The notes under the pieces: model-generated
Seen by the model: the letters and a program-made list of their open reading frames with translations, nothing else
What the model was told of the DNA's origin: nothing
Database searches by the model: none
Translations under genes and position numbers: made by a program
DNA from: Octopus vulgaris
Lineage: Eukaryota
DNA: 64,000 nt
Assembly (NCBI GenBank): GCA_951406725.2
Contig: OX597828.1
Location: forward strand, 49,352,001-49,416,000
Direction: 5' to 3'
Part shown: piece after piece, positions 1-12,471 of the stretch
Position numbering within the stretch: the first letter of the stretch is position 1
Layout of the letters: each line of letters opens with the position of its first letter

Positions 1-212
1 CTGGTATATGTAAATGAATGTATGCAGGTGTGTGTGTGTGTGTGTGTGTACAGGTTACATGTGTGCGTCTTTAATATAAAAACAACAACAACAAAAAAAG
101 CGAAACAGTATATCATAGCTATGTTTGGATAGCTGTTAATTAACTGGTTGTTTGTTATGTTACTAATGATGGTGCGGGGTGGAAGGAGAGTGGGGTGTAG
201 GAACTCCTGCCT

Positions 213-243
<31 letters not shown>

Positions 244-764
244 TCCCCTCCAGACAAACTTTAAAAGCTTTTTCCTTTCTTCAACAGAATTTTCTTTGAT
301 TGAACATCTAATATGAAGTCCATTGGTAATTATATATAGATTCTTAATTAGGTCTTTGTTTTAACGAGATATATTTGAAAATATCTCTTTCTTATGAAAA
401 TACTGCGTATTTTATTTCATTTACCAAACAGATAGACACACGCTTACGAGAACACACACACGTGCGCACACACGCAAGAATACACACATCTGTCTCATCT
501 CATAAATACACTATATTTAATTAAGACATTTGGATTAAGATAACAACGAATGAAGAAAACAATGAGAACTTAACGAGCCTTCCCCATTAGTGTATTACTG
601 CTATCTGGTTTATTGAAAAAAATAACAAAATCAATTGTAATACTATATAAGATTTAAATGGGCCAATGAAGCAACTTCTATTCTAGGGGTTTGGTGCCAA
701 CAAGGGGTTCTCTGCAAGTAAGGGACATTTTCTAAAAAATTTTCGAATTTAACTCTTTTTACAG

Positions 765-1170
765 TTAATCTTTTAGCATTTAAACCGGTCATATCCGGTC
801 CAAATATTCTACTTCAAACTGACCAAACCCAGCATCTCACACCTCTCACACCTATCCTACAATGTCGTTTTAAAAATAAACAATCACATCTTTGAAATCT
901 CTAAGTTACAAAATAATTAATTTTTAAAAACATGGATAAACAAGTCACACGCATTTGACAGAGTAATTTGAATACTAAAGGGTTAAACCACCCATATCTG
1001 GCCCAAATACATTCTACTTGTTCTATGTTCAAAGTAGCCAGATCTGGTCTCTCACACCTACCCTACAATGTTATTCTAAAAATATACAATCACATCATCA
1101 AAATCTTGAAGCTATGAGAAAACGCTGTGTTAATTCAAAACAATGTGAATAAATAGGGATTACATTTGAC
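765..1170 (+). mobile_element. piggyBac-type MITE family 1, one full plus one partial tandem copy
   Basis: ttaatcttttagcattt...aatactaaagggttaa termini; body matches other copies. Confidence 0.75.
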
Positions 1171-1174
1171 AATG

Positions 1175-1465
1175 CCAATCACTCCGAGAGTGCAGTGGGT
1201 GCTTTTTATGTGCCACAGGCACAGGAGCCAGTCAGAGGGCAATGGCACCAACCACATTCGGATGGTGGCACGTAAAAAGTACCAGCCAAACACAGTCGAT
1301 GCCAGTGCCACATAAATGGCACCCACTACACTCTCAGAATGGTTGGTGTTAGGAAAGGCATCCAGCTGTAGAAACCTTGCCAGATCAGACTGGAGCCTGG
1401 TGCAGCCCACTGGCATTGCCAGTCCTCAGTCATAACATCCAACCCATGCCAGCATGGAAAGCAGA
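1175..1465 (+). mobile_element. Family C (RTE 3'-end-type repeat) with inverted 5' segment
   Basis: ggttggtgttaggaaaggcatccagctgtagaaa...cccatgccagcatggaaagc; 1175-1263 is in the opposite orientation. Confidence 0.75.
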
Positions 1466-1885
1466 TACTCTTTTTACTCTTTTACTTGTTTCAGTCATTT
1501 GACTGCGGCCATGCTGGAGCACCGCCTTTAATCGAGCAACTCGACCCCGGGACTTGTTCTTTTGTAAGCCCAGTACTTATTCTATCGGTCTCTTTTGCCG
1601 AACCGCTAAGTAACGGGGACATAAACACACCAACATCGGTTGTCAAGCGATGCTAGGGGGACAAACACAGACACTCAAACATATACACACACATACACAT
1701 ATATATATATATATATACATATATACGACGGGCTTCTTTCAGTTTCCGTCTACCAAATCCACTCACAAGGCTATGGTCGGCCCGAGGCTATAGTAGAAGA
1801 CACTTGCCCAAGGTACCACGCAGTGGGACTGAACCCGGAACCATGTGGTTGGTAAACAAGCTACTTACCACACAGCCACTCCTGT
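1466..1885 (-). mobile_element. tRNA-derived SINE family A (~420 bp; CORE-like CCTTGGGCAAG block; internal TA/CA tract)
   Basis: Minus strand head with A box TGGCTGTGTGG and B box GGTTCAGTCCC; AAAAGAGT-type tail; at least 10 further copies in the window. Confidence 0.9.
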
Positions 1886-1924
1886 GTCTATGTTAAACAA
1901 TGATGATGATGGTAAAGGAAATCG

Positions 1925-2133
1925 ATGGCACAAGGCCAACAATTACGGGGGTGGTGAGGAGGAAGCTCATTACAATGGCCTCAGTACTTGACTGGTACTT
2001 ATTTTATAGATCCTGAAAGGATGAAAGACCAAGTGAACCATGGCAAGAATTTGAACTCAGAATATAAAAATGGACAAAATGCTGCTAAACATTTCACCTG
2101 GCATGCCAACAATTTTACCAGACTGCCATCCTC

Positions 2134-2167
<34 letters not shown>

Positions 2168-2330
2168 TAATAATAATAACAATAATAATAATAATGGTTT
2201 CAAATTTTTCCACAAGGGCAGCCATGTTTTGGGGGAGGAGATGAGTCGATTGCATTGACCCCAGTGTTCTACTGGTACTTAATTTATCAACCTCGAAAGG
2301 ATGAACAGCAAAGTCAACCTCGAAAGGATG
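1925..2330 (-). mobile_element. Two SINE family B fragments
   Basis: ctggtacttaatttatc...gaaaggatgaa blocks. Confidence 0.7.
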
Positions 2331-2962
2331 ACAAGCAGAGTCCCATCTGATATATGTGTGTACATGAGTCATATCCAGTGTGTTAATCACATCTGATGTA
2401 TATGTAAGTTACATCTGGTTTGTGTATGTGAGTCATATCTGGTGTATATGTGTGAGTGTGTTAGTGTGTGTGTGTGTGTGTATGAATCATATCTCCAATG
2501 TAGAGTATATGTAAGTCACATTTGCAATGTATGTGTATGAGAGAGAGAGAGAGTCACAACTATTTTAACCTTTGTCAGGACCCTTCCCTCACTCCTGCCC
2601 CTATATTCCAAACAACAGTACAAGAAATGACAGAAGAGAGTTCAGATTTCTAATTTGGTTGTAATGGAATCTTGTCAACTGATGGATCCATTACACTTCC
2701 ACAAAACTTTAATTAAGCCTAACGAGTAATTAGTTTCACAAAAATAAACAACAACAGTTCTACATATTAGCAAGAATATTTGAATGCAGAGTTAGGAAGG
2801 AATGGTTTCTTTATATCAACATACCATTCTGTTCTGAACAAGAGTTTACCCAGAACAAATCTGAGAAATTATCAAAAAATTTAAGTATTTAGAGACTGCA
2901 CCATTATAGGGCAAAGGAGGGGAGGGTTGGGTGACTGTTCCGGTGAAAGTGAGAGCTTCTCT

Positions 2963-3354
2963 CTACCCATTCTATTCCCCCACCCTCTGTACTCTCTCTC
3001 CCTTTCTTCCTCACACACATTATTTTCCTTTCTCCCTCTCAAACTACCCATTCTACCCCACCCTCTGTACTCTCTCTCCCTTTCTTCCTCACACACATTA
3101 TTTTCCTTTCTCCCTCTCAAACTACCCATTCTACCCCACCCTCTGTACTCTCTCTCCCTTTTCTTCCTCACACACATTATTTTCCTTTCTCCCTCTCAAA
3201 CTACCCATTCTACCCCACCCTCTGTACTCTCTCTCCCTTTCTTCCTCACACACATTTTCCTTTCTCCCTCTCAAACTACCCATTCTACCCCACCCTCTGT
3301 ACTCTCTCTCCCTTTCTTCCTCACACATATTATTTTCCTTTCTCCCTCTCAAAC
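2963..3354. repeat. Pyrimidine-rich minisatellite, ~78-bp unit x5
   Basis: ctacccattc unit starts at 2963, 3044, 3122, 3201, 3276. Confidence 0.95.
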
Positions 3355-3961
3355 ACACACAAGCTCTCTTTCTCTCAGTCAATCCTCCTCTCCCTCCCTC
3401 CCTCACATACAAACTCTTCCTCATTCTTTCTTTCTTTCTTTCTTTCAATCTTTCTTTCGAAAGCAACAAGATGAAACAGTTTGTGGTGATCTGAAGTTTA
3501 TTTAAGACTGATGATCATCAGGTGAAACAAATAAGGAGATTGTTGGGAAAATAAACAACAGAAAGATAATATATTTTGGAATTTATTAGTGGTTCTGTTA
3601 CTTTTGCAGAGATTGGGGTGGGTGGGGAATAAGATGCAAACACAATGATGGTGGTGGTGGTGGTGGTGGTGGAGACTGTAAGAAACAAGACAGATTAACA
3701 TTCCTCGGTGAAGATTGCTGGAAGAGAGACCCAAAAGATAATCTTAATGGAGATTAAATGAAGGTAGACAAAATATATAACAGTGATAAATATAAGATGA
3801 TAGACATGGATATAACGTAAGAAGGCAGATCAATATATAATACTGGTGGAGATTATAAGAACATGGATATCTGTCTATCTAGCTAGCTCGCTATTCGTCA
3901 TGTTAGTTACTGAATAAGTAATCCTCTAGATTTACCTTGCTTATTTGTACGCGTTTCAAAT

Positions 3962-4043
3962 TTTACCTAAGGACGGTGGATTTACACTTATGATGTAATC
4001 TATGAAAGCATCAATAGAATGGTACCAAAACAGTTGTAGTAAA
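3962..4043 (+). ncRNA. Decayed type I hammerhead motif
   Basis: tttac-CTAAGGA-c ggt...acc-AAAA-C agtt G-TA-gtaaa: 5-bp stem I, ggt/acc stem II base; two G-to-A changes in the core. Confidence 0.5.
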
Positions 4044-4208
4044 TTTTAAACACCACTTGTGCTCCTTTATATCTATCTAAATTCATATATATATATATGA
4101 AGGTTTATTTTTATGTCAAGTTCAAAACAATTCATACCTATAAGTAGGGGACAACTTTTACAAGGAAAAGGTTGACAGGGACGTCAAAGTTTCATCCTCC
4201 TCACCTTC

Positions 4209-4249
4209 AGACTGATGAAGGCAGACAAACTGAAATGTCAAAGTCGCTG
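4209..4249 (+). ncRNA. Decayed hammerhead motif at centre of an imperfect inverted repeat
   Basis: CTGATGA(4212-4218)-ag gcagacaaa ct-GAAA(4232-4235)-T gtcaaa G-TC-gctg; stem I weak. Confidence 0.4.
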
Positions 4250-4321
4250 GCAACCTTTCACTTGTAAATATTTATACATCTGTGTGTGTGTGTGTGTGTA
4301 TGTGTGTGTGTGTATGTGTGT

Positions 4322-4648
4322 TGGCACTTGTGCCAGTGGTACGTGAAAAACAACATTCAAGCGAGGGCGTTGCCAGTGCCGCTGGACTGGCTCCTGTGCA
4401 GGTGACACGGAAAAACACCATTTGAGCGTGGGCATTGCCAGTACCGCCTGACTGGCCCTTGTGCCGGTGGAATGTAAAAGCACCCACTACACTCTCGGAG
4501 TGGTTGGCGTTAGGAAGGGCATCCAACTGTAGAAACTCTGCCAGATCAGATTGGAGCCTGGTGCAGCCATCTGGCTCACCAGTCCCCAGTCAAACCGTCT
4601 AACCCATGCCAGTATGGAAAGCGGACGTTAAACGATGATGATGATGAT
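4322..4648 (+). mobile_element. Family C: RTE 3'-UTR-type repeat with (GAT)n tail
   Basis: Internal gtgccggtggcacgtaaaaagcacc subrepeats, ggttggcgttaggaagggcatcc block, ggacgttaaacgatgatgat tail. Confidence 0.85.
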
Positions 4649-6024
4649 ACGCAGACATATGTATATATGCATGTACATATATAGATAGATATACACATAC
4701 ACAAAGAGTGCACCATGTTTTAGTGGATAAACTTTAACAGGGCACAAATTGAAGACAACTTGGCACAACAGGCACCAAATTCTAACTTTCCTATGTCTCT
4801 TTCAGACCCAACACTGTCAACATGGAAGATTCCAATCTAGTAAAGGCTTGAAATTTCGGGAGAGGGGACCACTTGAAATCTAGAGTTTCGAGAGAAATGT
4901 ACATTAATGGTGATTCTAAGATGATGTTACACAGACAGGTTTGTTTACTTAGTACATCCTTGGGTCTATTGATCTCCACAATCAATAAGTCTGAGTACCA
5001 GTAGTACACTAGGGCTTCTTTTAATTGACCTACACCATTAGATGTCTGTATCACAAAAACATGTGCCCCCACCATCACCACTTTCTCAGCTTACAGGTTT
5101 GTCTTCAGAATGAGATGGAATTTTCTTAGAAAATCTCTCTCTCCTTCCCTTTCTCTACTCTCTCTCTCTGTCTGCCCTTTCTTCCCCCCCCTCTCTCTCT
5201 CTCTCTTTGAGATGTAAACTTGTTGTTTATGGTGTCACCAGAGACATCTTTTTATGGGAAAAGTGATAAAGAAGGTGATGTTGAGTGAAGCATTTAGGAG
5301 AGACAGAGGAAAGAGGAGAGGATTATGGGGAAATAAAACAGTGATAAGGAGAAGAGGGAAGAAGATAATAGTAGAATGAAGAATAAAAAAAAAGGGGAAA
5401 AAAATCTGTAAATAACCTTTCCAAAAGTGACATTATTCCTTCTTTTGAGACAAAGTGAGAGAGAGAGAGAGAGAGACAGATTATGTAGAGATTGTGTAGT
5501 AACAATGTAGAAAAAGAAAGGGAGTGGAAAGACTGAAAGAAGAGAGAGAGAGAAAGGGAGTGTGTAGTGAAATTGAATGTAAGAATGATAGAATGTGAAG
5601 AAAGGGCATGATAAAAGAGAGAGAAAGAGAGAGACAGTGTGTGTGTGTGTATAATGAGAGTGTGTAGAAGAGGAAAAGTGTAGAAATAAATAGTAAATAA
5701 CAAACATATAACTGTCTTACAACTGTTTGTAAGGAAATATAAGACTTGATAAGGACTTCTGAGGTTGGGGGAGGTGGCCACCCCACAGCCACCTTTAATT
5801 CCTCTCTCTCTCTCTCTCTCTCTCTGCCTTCCACTCGCCCCCCCCCTGGTGTCTTTTGGCAGAACAATGGAGAGAAGAGAAAGCAGTGTTACTCTACTTC
5901 ACTATTCAGTAAAAAACATATTCTTTAAATCCTGCCAGAAAAATGTAAGGAATGTTAAAGAACTCTTCAGACACTTTCAATAGAAAATTGTTTTAAATCT
6001 TCAGAATTGACACTATATATATAA

Positions 6025-6074
<50 letters not shown>

Positions 6075-6943
6075 GCATATATGTATGTGTGTCTGTGTAT
6101 ATGTATGTGTATATATACACACACACACACACGCTTTTAAACACACATGCATCTTTAAATAATGCACTGTGGATGCACATACGTATGGGGGGTGTAGGAG
6201 TATATACAGGGAGTGGGGAGAACAATGTGTAAAGTGAAATAGCTTTTTGACACCACTTGTGTGTGTGTGTGCATTATGTGGATGTAGATGTGTGTATGTG
6301 TATATATATATATACATATATACATGCACACCCGTTCAGTATCAGCTTTTCCATGCTTGCATAGGTAGGACAGAGATATATCTGAAGCAGGATTTTATAG
6401 CTAGATGCTCTTCCTGTCCCCAACCTTCACCTGTTTTTCTACTATTCCAAGAGCAACCAGGTAATAATCACTTAGGTCAACACCCTCTACATTAAGCAAA
6501 TATTGAATTTACTTGAATAATAAAAATGAAATACAGGTACCTGTACATTAGTATAAAAGATACAAGTTTATTAATACTATATTGCAAAAGGTACCAGCAG
6601 ACTAATCTGATGGCTGCAGGAATTTGAAGTTCCTGCTCATTAATTAGTGCAAATTATTAGGGGTTCCAGATTATCACTTTCTAGAAAGTCAGTACCTGTG
6701 TGTGTAGGCACGCGCACACACACACATATTCACAGAGAGAGAGATTTATATAATCACAAAAAGAATTCTTTACATTATTATATGTAACGACTATATATTA
6801 TATAACCATAAAAATGACTATTCTCCATACTATTTACTAAATGTAATGTATACTTACTATACGGTACATTTATTAGTTTTTAACTAATAAACAATCAACA
6901 CAAAAGTTATCAACAATTTTACAGCTTTATTGTACTTGTGATC

Positions 6944-7225
6944 CCTGTGCCAGTGGCACGTAAAAAGCACCATCCGAACGTGGCCGATGCCAGCGCCGCC
7001 TGGACTGGCTTCCGTGCCGGTGGCATGTAAAAAGCACCAATCCGATCGTGGCCGTTGCACCCACTACACTCTTGGAGTGGTTGGCATTAGGAAGGGCATC
7101 CAGCTGTAAAAACATTGTCAGATCAGACTGGAGCTTGGTGCAGCCTTCTGGCTTCCCAGATCCCCGGTCGAACCATCCAACCCATGCCAGCATGGAGAAC
7201 CGACGTTAAACGATGATGATGATGA
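6944..7225 (+). mobile_element. Family C repeat
   Basis: Same architecture and (GAT)n tail. Confidence 0.85.
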
Positions 7226-7269
7226 TTCCACAACTAACATTAATTCTATATTAGTCACATAAAATAACT

Positions 7270-7940
7270 AGGGCGGCAGGCTGGCCGTATCATTACCATG
7301 TTGGGCAAAATGCTTAGCGATATTTTGTCAGCCTTTACATTCTGATTTCAAATTATACTGAGGTTAACTCAACTTTTTATCCTTTCAGGGTTGATGAAAT
7401 AAGTACCAGTGGCGTACTGGGGTTGATATAACTGATTTGTCTCCTCCTCCGAAATTTCTGGTCCAGTGCCAAAATTTGAAACTAATGAGCTGGCAAAATC
7501 GTTAGCATGCAATTGGCGGCGAGCTTACAGAAACATTAGCATGCCAGGCAAAATGCCAAGTGGTATTTTGTCTGTCTTTACATTCTGAGTTCAAATTCCG
7601 CCGAGGTCAACTTTGCCTTTCATCCTTTCGAGGTCGTTAAATTAAGTACCAGTTATGCACTGGGGTCAATGTAATCGACTTAATCCGTTTGTCTGTCCTT
7701 GTTTGTCCCCTCTATGTTTAGCCCCTTGTGGGCAATAAAGAAATAAGAATCATTAGCATGCTTAGCTTAGTGGCATTTTGCTTGTTTTATGTCCTGGGTT
7801 CAAATGCCATTGATACCAACTTCCATTTCATCCTTCCAGTGTCAATAAACAAGAACCAGTTGAGCACTGGGGTCAATGTAATCTACTTAGCCTCCCTTAC
7901 CCCTAAAATTACTGGCCCTGTGCCAGAATTTGAAACCAAT
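7270..7940 (+). mobile_element. Tandem cluster of three SINE family B copies (best copy about 7515-7748)
   Basis: ggcggcgagct head, B box GAGTTCAAATTCC, central CTTTCATCCTTTCGRGGTCGATAAATTAAGTACCAG block resembling the Meta/Sauria-type SINE central domain. Confidence 0.85.
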
Positions 7941-8014
7941 GACACATATATTACACACACACATTCAATTAACATCTTCTTTTCCATGCTAGAATGGGCT
8001 GGACTGAGATGTAT

Positions 8015-8243
8015 TTAACCCTTTCATTACTGTATATATTTTGAGATGTTCTGTGTTTCTTTTGATTAATTTTAAATATTACAAAGAATTTAGCAAAATA
8101 ACTTAGTTAACATTCAGCTAGTGTAATAACATAACTTGTGATTAAGGTTTGGTGGAAGATTTTAATTCAAAACTTATGAAAACAAGACATTTGTACTACG
8201 GAGCCAGCGCCAGTTTCAGCCGGGTTGGTAACGAAAGGGTTAA
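8015..8243 (+). mobile_element. piggyBac-type MITE family 2
   Basis: TTAA-CCCTTTCATTAC...GTAACGAAAGGG-TTAA; near-identical to 27623-27852. Confidence 0.9.
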
Positions 8244-9417
8244 GACATAGTGTTTTCCTGTCACTAATTTGAATAGGATTTCAGCCATTTACAAAGAAAG
8301 ATATCCACCAGCTAATGCAACAGGTATGTACAGGTATACCAGTCATATCCCAGTGTATTAATGGTGCATGTTATGGAAATTATGCTTAATGGTGTTTCTT
8401 CTGTCTTTATGAACAAAGTTCAAATTCTGCTACAGTCAACCTTGCTTTTCATCCTTTAGAGACAATAAAATAAGTACTAATTGCAAACTAGGGCTGATGT
8501 AATCGAGTAGTCCCCAGCTCCCAAATTTCAGGCTTTGTATCTACTACAATGGACAGAAATATTACCCATCTCTATAATTCTAATAAAGAACTCTGTCTAT
8601 GCCATGTTCTTGAAATCATCTTTTTATTCTGTTTTATTGTTCTCAACACAAACTAAACTCTATTTACTCACAATATTGACCGTTCTCGTGTACAAACGAA
8701 ATATAAGATTCCTAATCTCTTTGTTCACTGTTGAGTCTGGCTGGTTGAATAGTGACTAACTTGATCACAATATCAATACCACAGCATTAATAACAGGTTC
8801 TAAGAGAGGGGGTGGAGCAGAGAGCTACCACTGTGGCTTCACTGTCTGTACATGTTTGGGTGTGTGTGTAATATATATATATATATATATATATGTTTAG
8901 ATTGTTCTCTGTCTTACATGTACATCTGGTGGGGATCACTGTTAGCACTCAAATAATTAAGACGTATATTAATGATAGAGTGATTGCTAATGAAACGGGA
9001 ATCAGACAGACTGAAGAATTAGTTGGATCAATTGTTACAAAGAGTGTGTGTGTGTGTGTAACAGCTGTAGGTTAGTCCAAAATTGGATTCAATAGAAATT
9101 TGCATTCGTATATAAGACAAAGGAATAGGAACTTTACATCTGGGTAGATACCTTGGCTAACATCGAATGATATTAAAAATTTAGAATCATTTAGAATTAC
9201 TAATTAAACTGAATGCTCTTCAAATGGTAAATCCTGAGTTTGCTTCAATGGATTTCTTGGAGACCTATATATATATATATATATAGGTTCAGTAACATTT
9301 AGATTCAGTTGAATATGGTACTTAAGTTAAAGGCACCAGAGTTTAGTATGGTATTATCCATATAATTCAAAATGGTGTGATTATAATCAAAATAAGCAAC
9401 AATGATATCCAGAGGTA

Positions 9418-9507
9418 ATGCAGTACGATTGTTTCATGCGACTCCATTTAATTGAACAATGCAAGTATTACGTCAGTTTTAAAATGTAGGGCAATCTTCA
9501 GCTGCAC
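9418..9507 (-). ncRNA. Type I hammerhead ribozyme motif, intact core, long stem II
   Basis: Minus strand gtgcag-CTGAAGA-t tgc ...(51 nt)... gca t-GAAA-C aatc G-TA-ctgcat: 6-bp stem I (one G.U), minimal stem III. Predicted cleavage between 9424 and 9423. Confidence 0.7.
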
Positions 9508-9542
9508 AAAGAAACAACTTAATTAACTAAATATTCTATATC

Positions 9543-9740
9543 TCTAAACCCAACACTTAAAAACCACTAACCCTAACTTTAAATACAAACTTAACTCTAA
9601 CCTCACTCTAAACACAATACTAACCCTAAAACCTCTCTCTGGATACAACCCTAAAACAACACAAACACTAATGTTAATTTTAAGTACAATTCTAACCCTG
9701 TGGCAGACCCTAATCCTTAACCTCAGCCCTAACTCTAAAC
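9543..9740 (+). repeat. Degenerate (TAACCC)n-like tract
   Basis: Repeated ctaaccctaa / ctaactctaa / aaccctaa units. Confidence 0.55.
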
Positions 9741-9958
9741 TTTAGCATTTAAACTGGCCATATCATAAATATTGTTCTTCATTTTATGTTCAAACTGGCC
9801 AGGTTCATCCTCTGGCACCTACCCTACAATGTCATTCAGAAAATAAACAATCACATCATTGAAATTCTGAAGCTACATTGTAATGCCTGATTAATTCAAA
9901 ACAGTTTAAATATATATGCATCACAGTTGACAGAATAATCCAAAAGCTAAAGAGTTAA
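9738..9958 (+). mobile_element. piggyBac-type MITE family 1
   Basis: Body match; right end gctaaagagttaa. Confidence 0.75.
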
Positions 9959-10804
9959 GCTTTAACCAATAATATTTATCAGGAATTGCATTAAATATTA
10001 CTGCATACACTTGGTCGCATGAAATGGAGTCAACTTGTTGAGAGGGACTAACAAGTACTTCTTTTGCAGAGATTCTTGACGATGGAATGGAATTATATAT
10101 TAAATAACGAAAAACACAGCAATTTTGTGTATTTTTGAAATTTGAATTTTAAATTAATCTAAATCTCAATTAGTTAATTATGGCAATAATTAACTTTACT
10201 TTTCAGCTAACACCAATGCCTGATTAAATCTTAATTGGATGAGAGAAATAGGAATTATATGGCAATAATTCTACAATCTCACTTCTCTACACAAATGAGA
10301 GCAAAAAATAGTTTCTCAAAAGTATTTCACACACACACAGACACACACACAAAAGACTCATTTTATATGGAAACTACTTACTCACGTGCTCGTGTGTGTA
10401 TATGTGTACGGGGAGGGGGTTAGTTGTCAGCACAGAACATAGACATTAAATCATAATATATACAGAGTGAGAGAGGGGGGAGGGGTTGAAAACGAAGCAA
10501 GTGCAATGTGTGTGTGTGTGTGTGTGTGCATTACTAGAAAACAACAGATGTTGAACAGTTTAGAAAATCTGTAAATATATATATATATATACACACACAC
10601 ATATATATATACACATACATACACACACACACACTCTCTCTCTTTGACTGGCTGCTTGGAATATCTGCCATATCTTATAATCTCTAATGTAATCCATCAC
10701 ACTTTCACACACATATGCATACACGCGTGCACGTGTGTGTATGTATGTACATATGTATACATACATAAATATATATACACACAAATATAGCTGCATATAT
10801 ACAC

Positions 10805-10847
<43 letters not shown>

Positions 10848-11062
10848 CATTCGAGGCTTTCTTCCAAGGAATCTAATGCGCTTGGCTTAGATTTTCATTT
10901 GGGGCTGGCCAGATCAGAGCAATTTCAAGATTAATCAGCCGAAATTGCGAAGATTGAAGGCTTCGAATGTCCCGTCTGTGTTTTTTGTATCGTCTTCTAA
11001 ATGTTTTACATTCTTGTCCCAGTTGGTATTTTTTTTACATTTACATATATATATATATATAT

Positions 11063-11101
<39 letters not shown>

Positions 11102-11944
11102 CATTCACACAAATACAAATATCTGTAAGTACACACACACATAGAAACACACCTACTCACAAATACATTTGTATATGAATATATATACATCCAATCACAA
11201 GGCATACACACAAATACACTACACAACCCCACCACACACATACTACCTCCACGAAATAGAAGACATTTGTCCAGGGTGTCAAATAACCCTAAACCGCACT
11301 TTTTGAAGCAAATACCTTAACCACAGGGATCCCTGCACTTTGCATGTGCAAGTTTGTGCATGGACAACATAGTGTAATATTTGAAACTAGAACTTAGCCA
11401 TAATGACATGGTTAAACTGTACACATGATTAAATAATTCTTATTCATAACAGAGAAGCTAATTGCTATAAGTCTTTTTTGAGGACAGATGAATGAAGTGC
11501 AACCTATCTTCTGATCAGTAGTCAACAAGCTATGAAGCATACCAGGGAAGTCTTTTTTTCTGCATACAAAGAGAATAACAAGATGTATTTACACATGTTT
11601 AAAGCGCCACAGCAAAAGACTTAAAACGTACCAAGTTTGTTTACAGTAGATTTCAACTTTCCAGGGAGTGACCATTACACTAGAGTTCCAAAGACCATCC
11701 TCTACATATCACAGATTGCTTTGTTGTAATGGTGCTAGCTCTCTGCACTCAAGAGTTCAAATCTTATTGAGTTCCTCATTCCAGGGTGAATAAGCAAAGT
11801 ATAAACAATGTACAGGGACAATTCTTCTCTTTCACCCAGGTTTTCTTCTCTCTTTCTGGAAGAAATCAGCTAAGGTCACACTTGGATGTGACCCTCTGAC
11901 TACATCAAAGAGTAGAGGGCTCAAAGCAAGGCAAATCACACAGC

Positions 11945-12342
11945 GTTTTACTTTTTTACTCATTTCAGTGCGGCCATACTGGGGCACCACCTTCAAGAAT
12001 TTTCACTCAAAGGAATCGACCCCAATACTTAATTTTTTTTTAAGCCTGCTAACTTATTCTATTGGTCTCTTTTGCCTAACTACTAAGTTAAAGGGACTGT
12101 AAACACACCAACACCATCTGTCAAGTGGTGATGGGGGACGAACAGACACAAAGACACACACACATATACATACAGACATACATGATGTGCTTCTTTCAGC
12201 TTTTCTCTACCAAATCCACTCAGAAGGCTTTGGTCAGCCTGATGCTATAATAGAAGACGTTTGCCCACGGTTCAATGCAGTGGGACTGAACCCAGAACCA
12301 TGTGGTTGCAAAGCACTTCTTACCACACAGCCACGCCTGCGC
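11945..12342 (-). mobile_element. SINE family A, diverged copy
   Basis: Colinear similarity to 1466-1885. Confidence 0.8.
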
Positions 12343-12471
12343 ATGAGAAAGTAGACCTGCTGCAAGTGTTAATGATAAGCCGTCAGTTGTTCAATCAACT
12401 GAGGTACTTACTCTCAAATTTAAAAAATTGGTTCTTGGGCAATGAACAGAGGAGCATGGGTATAAGGTATT

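Noticed and set aside
2881-3505. Repetitive 190-aa ORFs and possible CRISPR-like periodicity
   Set aside because: 78-bp head-to-tail minisatellite with no unique spacers; eukaryotic context, no cas genes.
3508-3530. CTGATGA...GAAA match; similar at 22009, 28579 and minus strand near 5970-6005
   Set aside because: No pairing for stems I/II or no UH site; ctgatgatcatcag and ctgatgagttccctcatcag are just short palindromes.
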